From: an uncultured virus (IMG/VR IMGVR_UViG_3300005530_000005) | Taxonomy: Duplodnaviria; Heunggongvirae; Uroviricota; Caudoviricetes | Direction: 5' to 3' (one strand) | Length of the DNA: 64,000 nt | IMG/VR virus record: IMGVR_UViG_3300005530_000005 | In this document: in pieces, positions 1-10,890 of the stretch | Layout: every line of letters starts with the position of its first letter | Numbering within the stretch: position 1 is the first letter of the stretch | The notes under the pieces: model-generated | What the model saw: the letters and a program-made list of their open reading frames with translations, nothing else | Databases searched by the model: none | What the model was told of the DNA's origin: nothing | Translations under genes and position numbers: made by a program

Positions 1-240
1 CATGAAGTAGATAATCGAATGCTTGCTACAGAAGCTCGTCAGTTTATGAGTAATTCAAATATTGATGAGTGGGATGTTATTGGTAAATTGGAGCCTTACA
101 AGATTACTATTACGTCATGGCGTCCTGAGTTTGCCAAACAAATGTTCCTTGATAGGTATCAGTATCTCTTGGCACGTAAGGCATTTGCTGAGGAAGGTCT
201 AGGAGATAATATGGAGGATTCTGTTGCAATCGGCTTTTGA
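1..240 (+). CDS. HD-domain 5'-deoxynucleotidase-like protein, C-terminal part (truncated by window edge)
   Basis: Frame is open from the window start; D-N-R-M-L-A-T-E-A-R-Q-F-M resembles the C-terminal helix of YfbR/YfdR-like HD hydrolases; next to MazG-like and RNR genes. Confidence 0.6.
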   Translation, partial: HEVDNRMLATEARQFMSNSNIDEWDVIGKLEPYKITITSWRPEFAKQMFLDRYQYLLARKAFAEEGLGDNMEDSVAIGF

Positions 241-643
241 GAAACTTAGTGAATTTCATGACGCAGGCGCAATTAAGAGGACAGGTATGCGTCGTCCACA
301 TTTCGCCCATCTTGACATTTCTAGTAAAGTGGCTATATTAGAACTACGTGAAGCTTTGGTCAAAGAAGAGACCGAGGAATTTCTCGAAGCTTTAGATGAA
401 TACACTGATGCCCTTTGTAGTGACACGGAAGTGGAAAGCTGTAGGCAGCATTTAGTCAAAGAAATTTGCGATGCCTTATATGTTTTGATTGGCACTGCGG
501 TAGACTTGGACATTGATATTGCTAGGGCATTCAGCAGAGTTCATGACAACAACATGAAGAAAATACAAAACGCAACTGTTAGGGATGATGGGAAGCTTGT
601 TAAAGACCCAAAGCATCCCCCGGTTGATCTTTCTGGTTTCTAA
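224..643 (+). CDS. MazG-like / PRA-PH family NTP pyrophosphohydrolase
   Basis: EEteE...KEICDALYV...FSRVHDNNMKK...DDGKLVKDP motifs. Confidence 0.85.
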   Translation: MQSAFEKLSEFHDAGAIKRTGMRRPHFAHLDISSKVAILELREALVKEETEEFLEALDEYTDALCSDTEVESCRQHLVKEICDALYVLIGTAVDLDIDIARAFSRVHDNNMKKIQNATVRDDGKLVKDPKHPPVDLSGF

Positions 644-644
644 T

Positions 645-1091
645 TTGGCGCAAACACTTGAAGAAAAAAGAATTGCTCATGCTGAGAGTTCCAGACGATT
701 TAGATTGAAGCACGCCGACAAAGTGCGCGCTAATAAAAAGATTTCATATGAAAAGAATAAACATAAAAGGATATATTTAAGGCCGGATAAAGGTGATCCT
801 AAACATAAGAAAATGCTTATGACAAAAGTAGCTAAATATTTAGATAATCGATTGCGTGCTATTGATCTTCTTGGAGGGAAATGTAAAGACTGTGGTCTGA
901 CAGGACCACAAGAAATCTTTGATTTTCATCATAGAAATCCTGAAGAAAAAGATAAAGGAGCTAGTCATTTATTTGGCGGTAAATGGTCCACAGTTGAAGT
1001 GGAAATTCAAAAGTGTGATCTATTATGCTCTAATTGTCATAGAATATTTCATTATAAATACGGAAAACCCAAACCTCATAAAAAATATTAG
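645..1091 (+). CDS. HNH homing endonuclease
   Basis: GGKCKDCG...FDFHHRNP...KCDLLCSNCHRIFH; TTG start at 645 preferred over 585 to avoid overlap. Confidence 0.85.
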   Translation: MAQTLEEKRIAHAESSRRFRLKHADKVRANKKISYEKNKHKRIYLRPDKGDPKHKKMLMTKVAKYLDNRLRAIDLLGGKCKDCGLTGPQEIFDFHHRNPEEKDKGASHLFGGKWSTVEVEIQKCDLLCSNCHRIFHYKYGKPKPHKKY

Positions 1092-1140
1092 TGGATTTTA
1101 GGAGAGTACAATAACATTTAAGTCCGCAAAAAATCCTCAG

Positions 1141-2799
1141 ATGCGAAATAAATTTGCTGAGGACATTTTTAATCAGAAATACGCCCATCAAGGGGCGACA
1201 ACATGGAGTGAACTATCAAGTACACTTGTAGCAGATGTATGTGGTGATTTTGTTGAGAAGTTTGGAAAAGATGAGTATAAGGCACTCATCAAAATTGTTG
1301 ATGAAATGAAATTTATTCCGGGTGGTAGGTATTTGTATTATGCAGGTAGGAAGAATAAATATTTCAATAATTGCTATTTGCTCAAGGGTGAAGAGGATAC
1401 TCGCCAGGATTGGGCTGCCATTGCTGATAAGTCTACTTCTTGTCTCACCACTGGTGGGGGGATTGGCATTGACTACTCCATCTATCGCCCTGAAGGTTCT
1501 GTGCTTCGTGGTACTGGAGGCATTGCTTCTGGCCCTCTTAGCCTAATGAATATGGTCAATGAGATTGGTCGTAATGTGATGCAGGGTGGATCACGTAGAT
1601 CAGCCATTTACGCCTCTCTCAATTGGAAGCATGGAGATATTCAAAAGTTCCTTCATGCTAAGGATTGGAAGAATATTCCTGTGGGTAGTACAGGACTTAG
1701 TGCCTGGGACTTAAAACAGCAAGATTTTAACTATTTTGCACCATTGGATATGACAAATATTTCAGTGAATTACGATACTGAATGGCTCATGAATTATTGG
1801 AAGACTAGTGAGCTTACTCCTGTGTTTATGGAAAATGTAAGGCAAGCACTGTCATCTGGTGAGCCAGGATTTAGTTTTAACTTCTTTGGAAAAGAAAATG
1901 AAACCCTACGTAATGCTTGTACCGAAGTTACTTCTTCTGATGATAGTGATGTGTGTAATCTTGGTTCTATCAATCTCAGTCGTATCGATAGTATTAGTGA
2001 TTTTAGCGAAGTCGTTAATCTTGCTACTAAGTTTCTGCTATGTGGTACATTAAAGGCAGATTTGCCGTATGAGAAAGTTTATAAAGTAAGAGAAAAGAAC
2101 AGACGTCTTGGTTTGGGCCTAATGGGACTACATGAGTGGCTAGTTCAGAGAGGATATAAGTATGAAGTTACGGACGAATTGCATAGATGGCTTACTGTCT
2201 ATCGTGATGTTAGTGATAATGTCTCCAGGAATTTTGCTGCTACTCTTGGGATTTCTGTACCTGTGGCTAATCGGGCTATTGCTCCAACTGGCACCATTGG
2301 TATCTTGGCCTCAACATCTACGGGTATCGAACCTATATTTTCTGTGGCCTACAAGCGCCGTTATCTTAAGGGCAAAACATGGCATTACCAGTATGTTGTC
2401 GATGGGTCGGCCAAAGACCTAGTGGAGCGGTACAGTGTATCTCCAGATACTATTGACAGCGCTCTCGACTTGGCTGGCGATCCTGAGCGTAGGATTAAGT
2501 GCCAAGCGGATATTCAAGATTATGTGGATATGTCTATCAGTTCTACAATTAATCTTCCTGCTTGGGGAACTAAGCTTAATAACGAAGATCATGTTTCTTC
2601 ATTCGCTGAGCTTCTGGCTAAGTATGCACACAGGCTACGCGGGTTTACTTGTTATCCTGATGGTTCACGTGGAGGTCAACCCCTTACTCCAGTCTCGTAT
2701 GATGAGGCAATTAAACAACTTGGGGAAGAGTTCGAAGAGAAGGTGAGAATGCATGACATTTGTGACATCACCGGACACGGAGGTAGTTGTGGAGTGTGA
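1141..2799 (+). CDS. nrdJ: Ribonucleotide reductase, class II (B12-dependent) type, no ATP cone
   Basis: PGGR, FNNCY, GGGIG, QGGSRRSA, NACTE, CNLGSINL, IAPTGTI, C-terminal Cys pair; no small-subunit gene nearby. Confidence 0.88.
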   Translation: MRNKFAEDIFNQKYAHQGATTWSELSSTLVADVCGDFVEKFGKDEYKALIKIVDEMKFIPGGRYLYYAGRKNKYFNNCYLLKGEEDTRQDWAAIADKSTSCLTTGGGIGIDYSIYRPEGSVLRGTGGIASGPLSLMNMVNEIGRNVMQGGSRRSAIYASLNWKHGDIQKFLHAKDWKNIPVGSTGLSAWDLKQQDFNYFAPLDMTNISVNYDTEWLMNYWKTSELTPVFMENVRQALSSGEPGFSFNFFGKENETLRNACTEVTSSDDSDVCNLGSINLSRIDSISDFSEVVNLATKFLLCGTLKADLPYEKVYKVREKNRRLGLGLMGLHEWLVQRGYKYEVTDELHRWLTVYRDVSDNVSRNFAATLGISVPVANRAIAPTGTIGILASTSTGIEPIFSVAYKRRYLKGKTWHYQYVVDGSAKDLVERYSVSPDTIDSALDLAGDPERRIKCQADIQDYVDMSISSTINLPAWGTKLNNEDHVSSFAELLAKYAHRLRGFTCYPDGSRGGQPLTPVSYDEAIKQLGEEFEEKVRMHDICDITGHGGSCGV

Positions 2800-3027
2800 T
2801 AAAAGCCTATATTTAGTTAAAGCATATGGCAAAGAGTTTGAAGCATGTCTTGTAGTTGGGCCTTATGGAGATGTATGGGTTACTATTATTGATGAAAATC
2901 ACGATGAGGTTGCAGAGTTTCAATTTAATGGCGATACAGGAGTTACCAAAGAAACTATAAAAGAAATTATTAATAGGACATTATGGCTATTAATGTGGCC
3001 AACTTACACTGCCATGCACGGTAAACA

Positions 3028-3516
3028 ATGAAGGAAATTCAGTTAACAAAAAATCAAATGGCACAAGTCGATGATGAAGATTATGTGTGGCTTAGTAGAT
3101 TTAAATGGCACGCCGCGCAATGTGAAACTGTAGGAAAATATTATGCTAGAACCGAAATGTTTAATGATAAAGGCAAGCAGACAGCGTTCCTAATGCACAA
3201 TCTAATACTTGGCGCAAAAAATATTGATCACAGAGATGGAAATAGTTTAAATAATCAAAAAGCAAATTTGAGACGTGCCACTCAAAGAGATAATGTAATA
3301 AATAGAATATACGAAAATACTCAGCCGTTTGGTTATAGAGGCGTACGCCAAATATCAAAGATTGGATATGCTGCAAGAATTATGAGTTATGGAAAATACA
3401 TGCACTTGGGCACTTTTAAGTCTCCCCATGTTGCTGCCAAAATGTACAATGAAAAAGCAAAAGAACTGCACGGAGAGTTTGCCGTGCTAAACGAAATAAA
3501 GGAAAAAGCAAATTGA
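3028..3516 (+). CDS. HNH-AP2 homing endonuclease
   Basis: MKEIQLT..AQVDDEDY..IDHRDGNSLNNQKANLR..GYRGV..HLGTF..AAKMYNEKAKELHGEFAVLN. Confidence 0.9.
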   Translation: MKEIQLTKNQMAQVDDEDYVWLSRFKWHAAQCETVGKYYARTEMFNDKGKQTAFLMHNLILGAKNIDHRDGNSLNNQKANLRRATQRDNVINRIYENTQPFGYRGVRQISKIGYAARIMSYGKYMHLGTFKSPHVAAKMYNEKAKELHGEFAVLNEIKEKAN

Positions 3517-3860
3517 CTATTCTTAACGTAGAAATTTCTCAGATTGATAATCTATTTAATGTAACTACATATGGCAATGATGGTATTGGTACTAGCTCTG
3601 ATGTAAAGGTGTTTACCACTCTTGATGCAGCTAAGGAATACGCCACAGAGGTAATGAATAACAATGACTAACATTCTTATTGAAAGCGCGGCAAATGCCC
3701 ATCTTCTGATCATTCAGGATGTTCGCACAGGTCGTCGTCAGGTTATCACTATTCCGTTTAATGGTGTGGCAGAAGGTTATGAGGCAGAAAGTGCGGCTGT
3801 TCAGACGCTCATGAGTATTGTTGTTCCTGTTCCTACTGAGGTAGTAGCGGAAGCACAGTA

Positions 3861-4037
3861 ATGAGTAGGCATCCTGCATTCAATTCTGGTCGTGAAGCGT
3901 TTCGTGTAGGCCATTTGGATAATCCTAATAAGAAGGAAACTATTGCTTACAAAGAATGGCAAGCCGGATTTGACCATGAGTATTTTCTTAATCTAAAAGA
4001 ACTTCAATCAAACACAAAAGGTAAATATTATGCTTGA
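3861..4037 (+). CDS. Small Rmf-like protein (58 aa; not in ORF track)
   Basis: Manual translation MSRHPAFNSGREAFRVGHLDNPNKKETIAYKEWQAGFDHEY...; G..A...G...NP......W..G pattern. Confidence 0.5.
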   Translation: MSRHPAFNSGREAFRVGHLDNPNKKETIAYKEWQAGFDHEYFLNLKELQSNTKGKYYA

Positions 4038-4665
4038 TAACAATACGCTTGAAGGCATTTTGATCAGCTCACTTCGTACCAATATCTATCTTACGAAGGA
4101 TGGCACAGAACTTAATCTTAGCATGAATGTTAGGATTGTTGATGAAGACACAGATGTTGCATTTACTGATGCTACAAATCTTCAGAACATCCTTACCAAT
4201 GTTGTTAAGGAAGTAGTGAATGATTATGCTGCTGACGGTCAAGAAGTCGACTAATACGTGAACAGACGTTTAAATACGTTTGATCAAATACTTCAACGGG
4301 ATTTGCCGGAAGAGAAGATGATTGATAATCAACTCCTTATTCGTATCCGGCATCTCCCTGTTGATCCTCTTAAACTAAAAGAGGCATATTTTGAAATCGA
4401 ACGCCGAACTAAGAATATTATTTCAACAGTATTTGAAGAGTTTGAAATAAATGGTCCAAAAGAAAAGTACGTCAAGATATCGAATACGCAATTGGATTGA
4501 AGATGAGCTTTATCCAAATGAATATTGCGATCAATCATCTTTAGATGTTTATGAAAAAGAAGATAAGCCGTATGCTACTGGTGTGTTAGATATTAACGGT
4601 AATGAATATATGAGATTTCCTGATAAGAAGAAAATTGGTTTTCAACTTTATTAAAAGAGAAATAA

Positions 4666-5328
4666 GTGAACGAATACGTAATTACATTTAAGCATGATGA
4701 TGAAGGATTTATGCGACATATCTTTGCTGAGAACGAAGATGATGCTGTAGGTATTGCCTTTGCTCGTGCAAGAGGAATGAATACAAAGTTTGATAATAAG
4801 AAGGTGTATGATCTGGATATTCAGAATATTAGTAAACCTAAGAAAGCTTCCAGGTCTCCACGAGAGACTTTTGAGGCAGCCCTCAATGATCCACCTATGG
4901 CGCGCCCTGTTACTTTGAATGATGCAGTTGGTGATGTTCCTAATTGGGGAACTCCCGCAACCTTAAATGTTCCGCCAGTTGCGGCCCCTCCGGTTACTCA
5001 CGTGACTATGGCGCAGGCTGAGGCAGTATTTAGGACGCATGGTGCTTTCTTTAGAGAGCAGGATTGGCGAGTTGGTTATCAATTCTATATGGCTGGTAGG
5101 GACTATATGATTGTTCCTGGTCCTGTAAATGAAACCATGCAAGCTACGACTCAATATGTTAATGAAGGAGCTAATGCTGCTGCGGAAACTACTGGTGAAG
5201 CAAATCGATATCAGCTCCAGCAAGCATATCAAGAAGCTGCGACACAAATGGAAAATGTCGGTCAACAAAGATTAAGTGATACCTTAATTTACCAATTCCG
5301 AGTACCTCTCCAAGAGCCGGATAATTAA
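4666..5328 (+). CDS. Hypothetical protein, last gene of the + strand operon
   Basis: 220-aa ORF followed by the terminator at 5349. Confidence 0.65.
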   Translation: MNEYVITFKHDDEGFMRHIFAENEDDAVGIAFARARGMNTKFDNKKVYDLDIQNISKPKKASRSPRETFEAALNDPPMARPVTLNDAVGDVPNWGTPATLNVPPVAAPPVTHVTMAQAEAVFRTHGAFFREQDWRVGYQFYMAGRDYMIVPGPVNETMQATTQYVNEGANAAAETTGEANRYQLQQAYQEAATQMENVGQQRLSDTLIYQFRVPLQEPDN

Positions 5329-5348
5329 AAACTAACAGTACGTAAACT

Positions 5349-5383
5349 AAAAACCCCTAGGATTTTCCTAGGGGTTTATTTTT
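5349..5383. terminator. Bidirectional intrinsic terminator
   Basis: AAACCCCTAGGA-TTT-TCCTAGGGGTTT with A and T tracts, between convergent operons. Confidence 0.9.
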
Positions 5384-5621
5384 ATTTAGGACATAGCGCC
5401 CTATATTTTAAATCGTGAGTGAGAATTTCTCGCTCTGTCTCCGGTGTTAAATCATCATCTGGAGAAACTGTGATGAGTGTGAAGTTTACACAAGAGCTAT
5501 CAACGAGAGAATTCGGAGTACAGGCGCTTGTGAACATCAGCATCAGACATAGCGGCAACATCATTAGATATGGCAACAGTCTTTTTAACATCTTCCAATT
5601 CCTTTGTTTGATCGGCAACAA
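5382..5621 (-). CDS. o-spanin (Rz1-like lipoprotein); start uncertain
   Basis: Hydrophobic stretch with lipobox-like FTSA-C; overlaps the upstream membrane protein in another frame. Confidence 0.7.
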   Translation of the reverse strand: MLPIKQRNWKMLKRLLPYLMMLPLCLMLMFTSACTPNSLVDSSCVNFTLITVSPDDDLTPETEREILTHDLKYRALCPK

Positions 5622-5754
5622 TCTGCTCCTGTTTGCCGGTATTTTTTATGCTCTGGTAAACTGTAAATACAGCACCAAGTACTGCCATAACAGCCGCGCC
5701 GTATTCAATTACTTTACCCCAACCCGAGGCAAAGAATGCAAGGATAGCTGCCAT
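5500..5754 (-). CDS. i-spanin (Rz-like)
   Basis: N-terminal TM segment then helical domain; follows the endolysin. Confidence 0.65.
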   Translation of the reverse strand: MAAILAFFASGWGKVIEYGAAVMAVLGAVFTVYQSIKNTGKQEQIVADQTKELEDVKKTVAISNDVAAMSDADVHKRLYSEFSR

Positions 5755-6413
5755 TATTTCTGTACCGATCTCTTTTGGATTTCATGCCATATCAAGTATC
5801 CAGCACCGACCATTAGCACGATTCCAATCACAAACGGAGCAGCATGGGCAACGCTGATAAGAGCAGGGGCAAAAGGGGAAGCTGAGTTCAATACTCCTTG
5901 AGCAGCTTGAAGTGCAGGTGTGGCCGCACCCAGTACAGCAGTAGTAGCGCCCACGGTAATTGCAGGCACGTGCATTGCAGATGGCACAGGAACCTGAATA
6001 CCTGCCAATTTTAAACCTTCGTCAATAGTGGCCTTATCATATCCCGGCAATCCAACTTCCATCTGAATCTGTGCACGAATGAGCTTGAAAATATTATCAT
6101 ACTGTGTGAAGTCATACTCAGTCATACCAGTAAATCCGCCATTGTCACAGACGAAATTAATATAGGCTTCTGTGTTGTTCTCAGTAGGGGGTGCCCAAGA
6201 AGAGATAAGTTCCCTGACAGTGGCCGTACCCTTACCTAATCTATCCTGATGCAGAATGACAATACGAGCAGCAGCACGAATGCCCCACTTAGGCGCGTTG
6301 AATTGGACAAACTCGGAGTCACTAGAAGGGTATGTAGCGCCCTGCCATTTATCATTTGACAGACGAATATTAAGTAGGTTGTTAAGTTTAATTCCTTTGA
6401 CTACATCAGTCAT
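5754..6413 (-). CDS. Endolysin (lysozyme-like fold) with hydrophobic C-terminus
   Basis: NNLLNIR..FVQF..GIRA..TVRELISSWAPPTENNTEAY..QMEVG motifs; adjacent to spanins. Confidence 0.75.
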   Translation of the reverse strand: MTDVVKGIKLNNLLNIRLSNDKWQGATYPSSDSEFVQFNAPKWGIRAAARIVILHQDRLGKGTATVRELISSWAPPTENNTEAYINFVCDNGGFTGMTEYDFTQYDNIFKLIRAQIQMEVGLPGYDKATIDEGLKLAGIQVPVPSAMHVPAITVGATTAVLGAATPALQAAQGVLNSASPFAPALISVAHAAPFVIGIVLMVGAGYLIWHEIQKRSVQK

Positions 6414-6414
6414 T

Positions 6415-6846
6415 TTAAATTCCTCGCATGTATTTTAATAATTGTTCAATTTCATTAGTGTTTGCGTCGCTCTTTAATCTATTAGCTCGGAAAGAGATAA
6501 TTCTTATATTATCCTTTGTGTAACCTCGTGCATTATTAAATCTATCTATACTAGGTGAATTGTCATTTCTTGAACCGATACCTGGAATAATAATTATCCC
6601 TAAAACCGGACAAATTTCTGGAATTATAACATCCGAAATATCAATATTAAATTCTTTTCCTGTTTTCTTTGCTCTGCCCTTGGCTGCTTTCCAGAGTTTA
6701 AATTCAGGGCTAAGTTCTAGCTGTCTTTTTATAGCTCTATCTTTGTTTCTGGCTCGGTACTTCCTACAATTTTCTTTTATTCTTTTGGCATTTTTAGCGT
6801 AGTGTTCCCTAGATTCTTTATTGTGTTGTTCACGACTACGAGGCAC
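6415..6846 (-). CDS. HNH-type homing endonuclease
   Basis: AKGRAKK..FNIDISDVIIPEICPVLG..PSIDRFNNARGYTKDNIRIISFRANRLKSD. Confidence 0.85.
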   Translation of the reverse strand: MPRSREQHNKESREHYAKNAKRIKENCRKYRARNKDRAIKRQLELSPEFKLWKAAKGRAKKTGKEFNIDISDVIIPEICPVLGIIIIPGIGSRNDNSPSIDRFNNARGYTKDNIRIISFRANRLKSDANTNEIEQLLKYMRGI

Positions 6847-7085
6847 TAGATTGATCTCTTCAATAAAGAATCCCGTATTTGCTCTAACACTGCTGTCTGC
6901 GCTTGAAGTATAGTTTCTACTACTGACAGACGAACATCTAGTTTAGCTATTCCGTTTACTTCTTGTTCCAGACGATCTTGCTCTTTCTCTAACTGTTTAA
7001 CTCTAGTACTTATATTAGAGCCCCAATAAACGGTGCCTGCCAGTTGCGTTATAATTACAAAAGCTAAGTAAAACCATTCTGGCAT
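6846..7085 (-). CDS. Putative holin / membrane protein
   Basis: One N-terminal TM helix plus coiled coil, upstream of the endolysin. Confidence 0.5.
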   Translation of the reverse strand: MPEWFYLAFVIITQLAGTVYWGSNISTRVKQLEKEQDRLEQEVNGIAKLDVRLSVVETILQAQTAVLEQIRDSLLKRSI

Positions 7086-9016
7086 TATTGGGGTACTCCA
7101 TTATTAAGTATTTGCTGTGTTTGCTGATCAGTTGAGGGCGTGGATGTATCTTTCTCAGCTGCTCCAGTTTCCAATGATGGCACACCTTGACGAAATACGT
7201 AAGCTGCATCTTTCCAGGGTTGTGATTGGCGACCAGTCATGAGGTCTTTCATGAAGGATTGAACACGAGGGCCGTAAAATCCACGAGAAGCAATAGAGGA
7301 CAATCCTGCAAGACCTAACAGTCCTACTACTTCTTCTGGACCGTAGCCGTGCATAGCTCCATATCCTGCTGAACCCGCACCGGCACTAAACATAAGTCCG
7401 TTGCCAAGTTGGTGCCAAATGCGCCCCGTAGCTTCTCTATTTGCCGTCTCACTGTCGGGCAAACGAGTAAGAACAGAGTTGCTGGCGTTGACCATATCCT
7501 GCAATGGCATTTCGCCCTCTGATGTACGACCTTTAAAGGCGCTTTTATCGCTCTGCTTCATACCCGTACCAAATTGCGCAGGAGTAGCAGTGCCCTGAGT
7601 ATTGACAGCTTTCTCGCTACCCTTACGAGTGTACATAGAGTAGAGACGATAGCCTTCATCCGTATTAGCTAAATCTGCTGCAAGATCAGGCGGCGCATTT
7701 TTCATTGCTTGTCCCTTGATGGCATCATATAGCATTTCAAGATGATTGCCTAGCTTGCGATCATTGAAGTTATCTGCACCTTTATAGCCTTCATATTCTT
7801 TGCGCAAATCAGACAAAGATGCTTCCAACTGATTGCCACTCAATTGACCCTGGCCATTTAATTTTGATGTAAATAGATTTTGGCGAATTTCGTTATAGAG
7901 GTCTTGATTTCCTTTGCCAAGAATTGGTGAACTAGCCATCAGTGCTTGATCAATAGTTTGGAATGTAGGATCAGCATTGGTAAAGCTCATCTGATTGTAC
8001 AGAGAGGGGTACTTTTTATTGAACTGCTCTTTTACATATTTAGAAATCTCTTGGCCATTTTCCAAATCTTTGGGAAGTTCGCCCAATCCCGCACGAGTGA
8101 GTGCTTCTTGACCATACGCTTTATTAAGATCAAGTACACCCCTACTTTGGGCATTACGAATTTGTGGGCCAATCCAAGGTAAGCCAGAAGACAGTGATTC
8201 TGCCTGTCCAAGACTTCCCATAATAGGATTATCGGACTGTCTGGCTAACTGACCAAAAGTCGGATTAATTCCTTTATCTAAAAGAAGTTTAGTTTGTGCG
8301 TTTACATTCGGAGAGACGACAGTACCTAGTACATGACCTAATACACCGAGCAGTCCGCCTTCGCCAATTTGCTTCAACTTATCCACGGCAAATCCCGCTG
8401 TTCCATCCTTAAGATTATCTTCTCTCGGAGTCAGGGCACCCGCCAATCCGCCCGCTTTAATTGCATTCCAGAGTTCTGCTGCCTGAGTTGCCCCCTTAGC
8501 TTCGGGAGATACCGCCAGTGTAATAAGACCGCTAGCCATGTCGCTTGTAGGATCGGGCGAACTATTATGTCCTGTGGCATCAATATTTCCCGGATCACCG
8601 CGATTAAGATTATAATCTTGCTGATACTGTTCCCAAACTCTGCGACTTTCATTATTACCGGACAGCGCATCCACGCCTTGGGCAATTGCTCTAGCAGGTT
8701 CCATAAGTCCGTGAAGTGCATGTCCTAATTGTCCATGCTGCGCCATCCATGCGCCAACTCCATTATCTGTAGGCTTGCGCATTGTTGATTGATCAGGACC
8801 ATTTTCCAAAGGGGCAGTGGCCGTGTCGGGACTAATGAAGGAAGGCGTTTCATGCTGTAGCGGGGGGCTGTTTGGTGCCATTTGCGCAGGAGCAGAAGAG
8901 GGGGTCACAGCAGGAGGTCCATTTTTAGTCATGACCATGCCATCAGCAGTCTGATACTGACTGCCTACAGGAATATTTGCGTAATCTTGGTCAGAACTTA
9001 CAATTGGTAGAGCCAT
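7085..9016 (-). CDS. Internal virion (ejection) protein
   Basis: 643 aa, helical G/A/Q-rich; position in podovirus structural module. Confidence 0.6.
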   Translation of the reverse strand: MALPIVSSDQDYANIPVGSQYQTADGMVMTKNGPPAVTPSSAPAQMAPNSPPLQHETPSFISPDTATAPLENGPDQSTMRKPTDNGVGAWMAQHGQLGHALHGLMEPARAIAQGVDALSGNNESRRVWEQYQQDYNLNRGDPGNIDATGHNSSPDPTSDMASGLITLAVSPEAKGATQAAELWNAIKAGGLAGALTPREDNLKDGTAGFAVDKLKQIGEGGLLGVLGHVLGTVVSPNVNAQTKLLLDKGINPTFGQLARQSDNPIMGSLGQAESLSSGLPWIGPQIRNAQSRGVLDLNKAYGQEALTRAGLGELPKDLENGQEISKYVKEQFNKKYPSLYNQMSFTNADPTFQTIDQALMASSPILGKGNQDLYNEIRQNLFTSKLNGQGQLSGNQLEASLSDLRKEYEGYKGADNFNDRKLGNHLEMLYDAIKGQAMKNAPPDLAADLANTDEGYRLYSMYTRKGSEKAVNTQGTATPAQFGTGMKQSDKSAFKGRTSEGEMPLQDMVNASNSVLTRLPDSETANREATGRIWHQLGNGLMFSAGAGSAGYGAMHGYGPEEVVGLLGLAGLSSIASRGFYGPRVQSFMKDLMTGRQSQPWKDAAYVFRQGVPSLETGAAEKDTSTPSTDQQTQQILNNGVPQ

Positions 9017-10890
9017 TATTTTACCTGTGTATCAGTTGCTGGAGGCTTCCATCCGCCTGCCTGGGGAGCTTTTGTGGCCGGATTTTGCCATCCATATTGA
9101 CCTAAATCGATATCATTTTCGTGGAATGGGCTGCGAGCTTGTAACTTTGTGGGATCAGCAGTTTCGCCTGTAACGTGTGCTTCTGCTGCACGAGCCATCG
9201 GAGACATTAGATTTGTCCCATTAATAAACTGCCCATACTGTGTATTGAACATATTGGCGAGCGGATCAAGCTGACCGTGCATGGCGTGAATGAGACTTTG
9301 TGCAGCAGCCAATGTAGCTGCCGGACCTTTATTAAGCGGGAGATTTTCCTCCCAAGCTTTAATTTCTTGGTCTGTTGCAACGCCATGAGCGCCTTTGAAA
9401 TATTTTGCCGCTTCTTCTGCTAGAATATGACGATTTGTCAAGGCCCTTTGATATTCCGCACTGTTTGTTTTAGTAGCGTTGCTAATAGTGTTTCCAACAA
9501 GGCCCATTACGCCATCATCAGAATTATTCAGGTCTTTAATTGAATCTATGTAATTCGCAGCATGATTGACCAACTTATTTGCAGACTGGATAATCTGTCC
9601 ACCTTGGCCAGTAGTCATAAAGGCACGAATTTTTGGCCGATTTACTGCCGCATCAGATGTCCAGGAAGGGTCATAAGAAGTGACCATAGCGTTAATGCGC
9701 TGCTGGTTCTCAATACCTTTCATGCCGCCCTTGGGGATTGGCACTTCTCCTGAAGCATATTTAGGAATATTGATTGCTTCCGCAGGACTGATAACTTTGT
9801 TTTGAACAGCCCAATCGACATAATCTTGGCCTGTCAATCCCTGTGGATTAATTTCTTCCATACTGGAACCGCCCATTCCTGCTACACCAGAAAAGCCTTT
9901 AGGATATTTTTGCTGCATATAAATTTGGGCAGCCTTATCTTTACCAATAGGATTGCCATCCGGTCCTGGAGTCTTTGCTAGATCGGCGATATCTTCTTCT
10001 TTTTTAGAGGATGCAACTTTGGCCGCTGCGTCTGCTTCAGCACCTGCCCGTGCATAGACCATACTAAGTTCTCTTTTAGTTTTGTCATCCGCATTATCCG
10101 CCAAAGATACGGCGGTTCCGATATCTCCTTGCTTCATTGCTCGTAGAGCAGCAGGAAGATTTTTAGCAGAATAATGTGAAGGATCAAATTTGCTCCAATC
10201 AACTAACATCGAAGGATCAACTTGAAATCCCGGAGTTGTGGGCAAATTGCCACCAGAATAATGACCACTGCGAGCCTGCGTCATTTCATCCGGGCTCAAT
10301 CCAGAAACTGTAGAAGCCTGGGACTGCGCCTTATCGTAAGCATCCTGAGTAGTTGGGCTACCAAAGATCGAATCAATAATAGTATGATGCGTATTCAGAT
10401 TAGGCATCTGAGGTTGTCCCGGTGCTGTAGCACTCTGCTGTGGTGTGCCTTGTACTGAAGGCTGCATTGTAGAAGGGGCAGCGGCTGTACTAGGACCGGC
10501 ACTAGCTTGAATTGGCGTAGCAGGCTGGCCCATAGCTTGCTGAGTCTGTTGATCAACTGAAGCATTGCCTGCATTCGGAGCTTTAGGAACAGGAGTAGGG
10601 TTCTGCATTTTCTTCATGCCCTGCATAAGAATTTGCTGACCATTAAAGCCCATATTCATCATATTCATAACATCGCCAACTTGAAGCGTACCACCAGATT
10701 GCGCCACAAATGCCTGAGCCTTCTGTAGCTTATCGTTGTATTCAGCTTTAGATGCGTTATAACTATCCACATTCTTCAGGATATTCCCCAAAGAAAGTTG
10801 AGTTAGCTTATCTTGTTCAGCTTGCTCACTAGCTTGATCTTTATTCTGCTGATTAAAGAAGCCAGTTCCTAGTGCTGCCATAAATCCCAT
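9016..10890 (-). CDS. Internal virion (ejection) protein
   Basis: 624 aa, MGFMAALGTGF start, Q/A/P-rich; position. Confidence 0.6.
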   Translation of the reverse strand: MGFMAALGTGFFNQQNKDQASEQAEQDKLTQLSLGNILKNVDSYNASKAEYNDKLQKAQAFVAQSGGTLQVGDVMNMMNMGFNGQQILMQGMKKMQNPTPVPKAPNAGNASVDQQTQQAMGQPATPIQASAGPSTAAAPSTMQPSVQGTPQQSATAPGQPQMPNLNTHHTIIDSIFGSPTTQDAYDKAQSQASTVSGLSPDEMTQARSGHYSGGNLPTTPGFQVDPSMLVDWSKFDPSHYSAKNLPAALRAMKQGDIGTAVSLADNADDKTKRELSMVYARAGAEADAAAKVASSKKEEDIADLAKTPGPDGNPIGKDKAAQIYMQQKYPKGFSGVAGMGGSSMEEINPQGLTGQDYVDWAVQNKVISPAEAINIPKYASGEVPIPKGGMKGIENQQRINAMVTSYDPSWTSDAAVNRPKIRAFMTTGQGGQIIQSANKLVNHAANYIDSIKDLNNSDDGVMGLVGNTISNATKTNSAEYQRALTNRHILAEEAAKYFKGAHGVATDQEIKAWEENLPLNKGPAATLAAAQSLIHAMHGQLDPLANMFNTQYGQFINGTNLMSPMARAAEAHVTGETADPTKLQARSPFHENDIDLGQYGWQNPATKAPQAGGWKPPATDTQVK

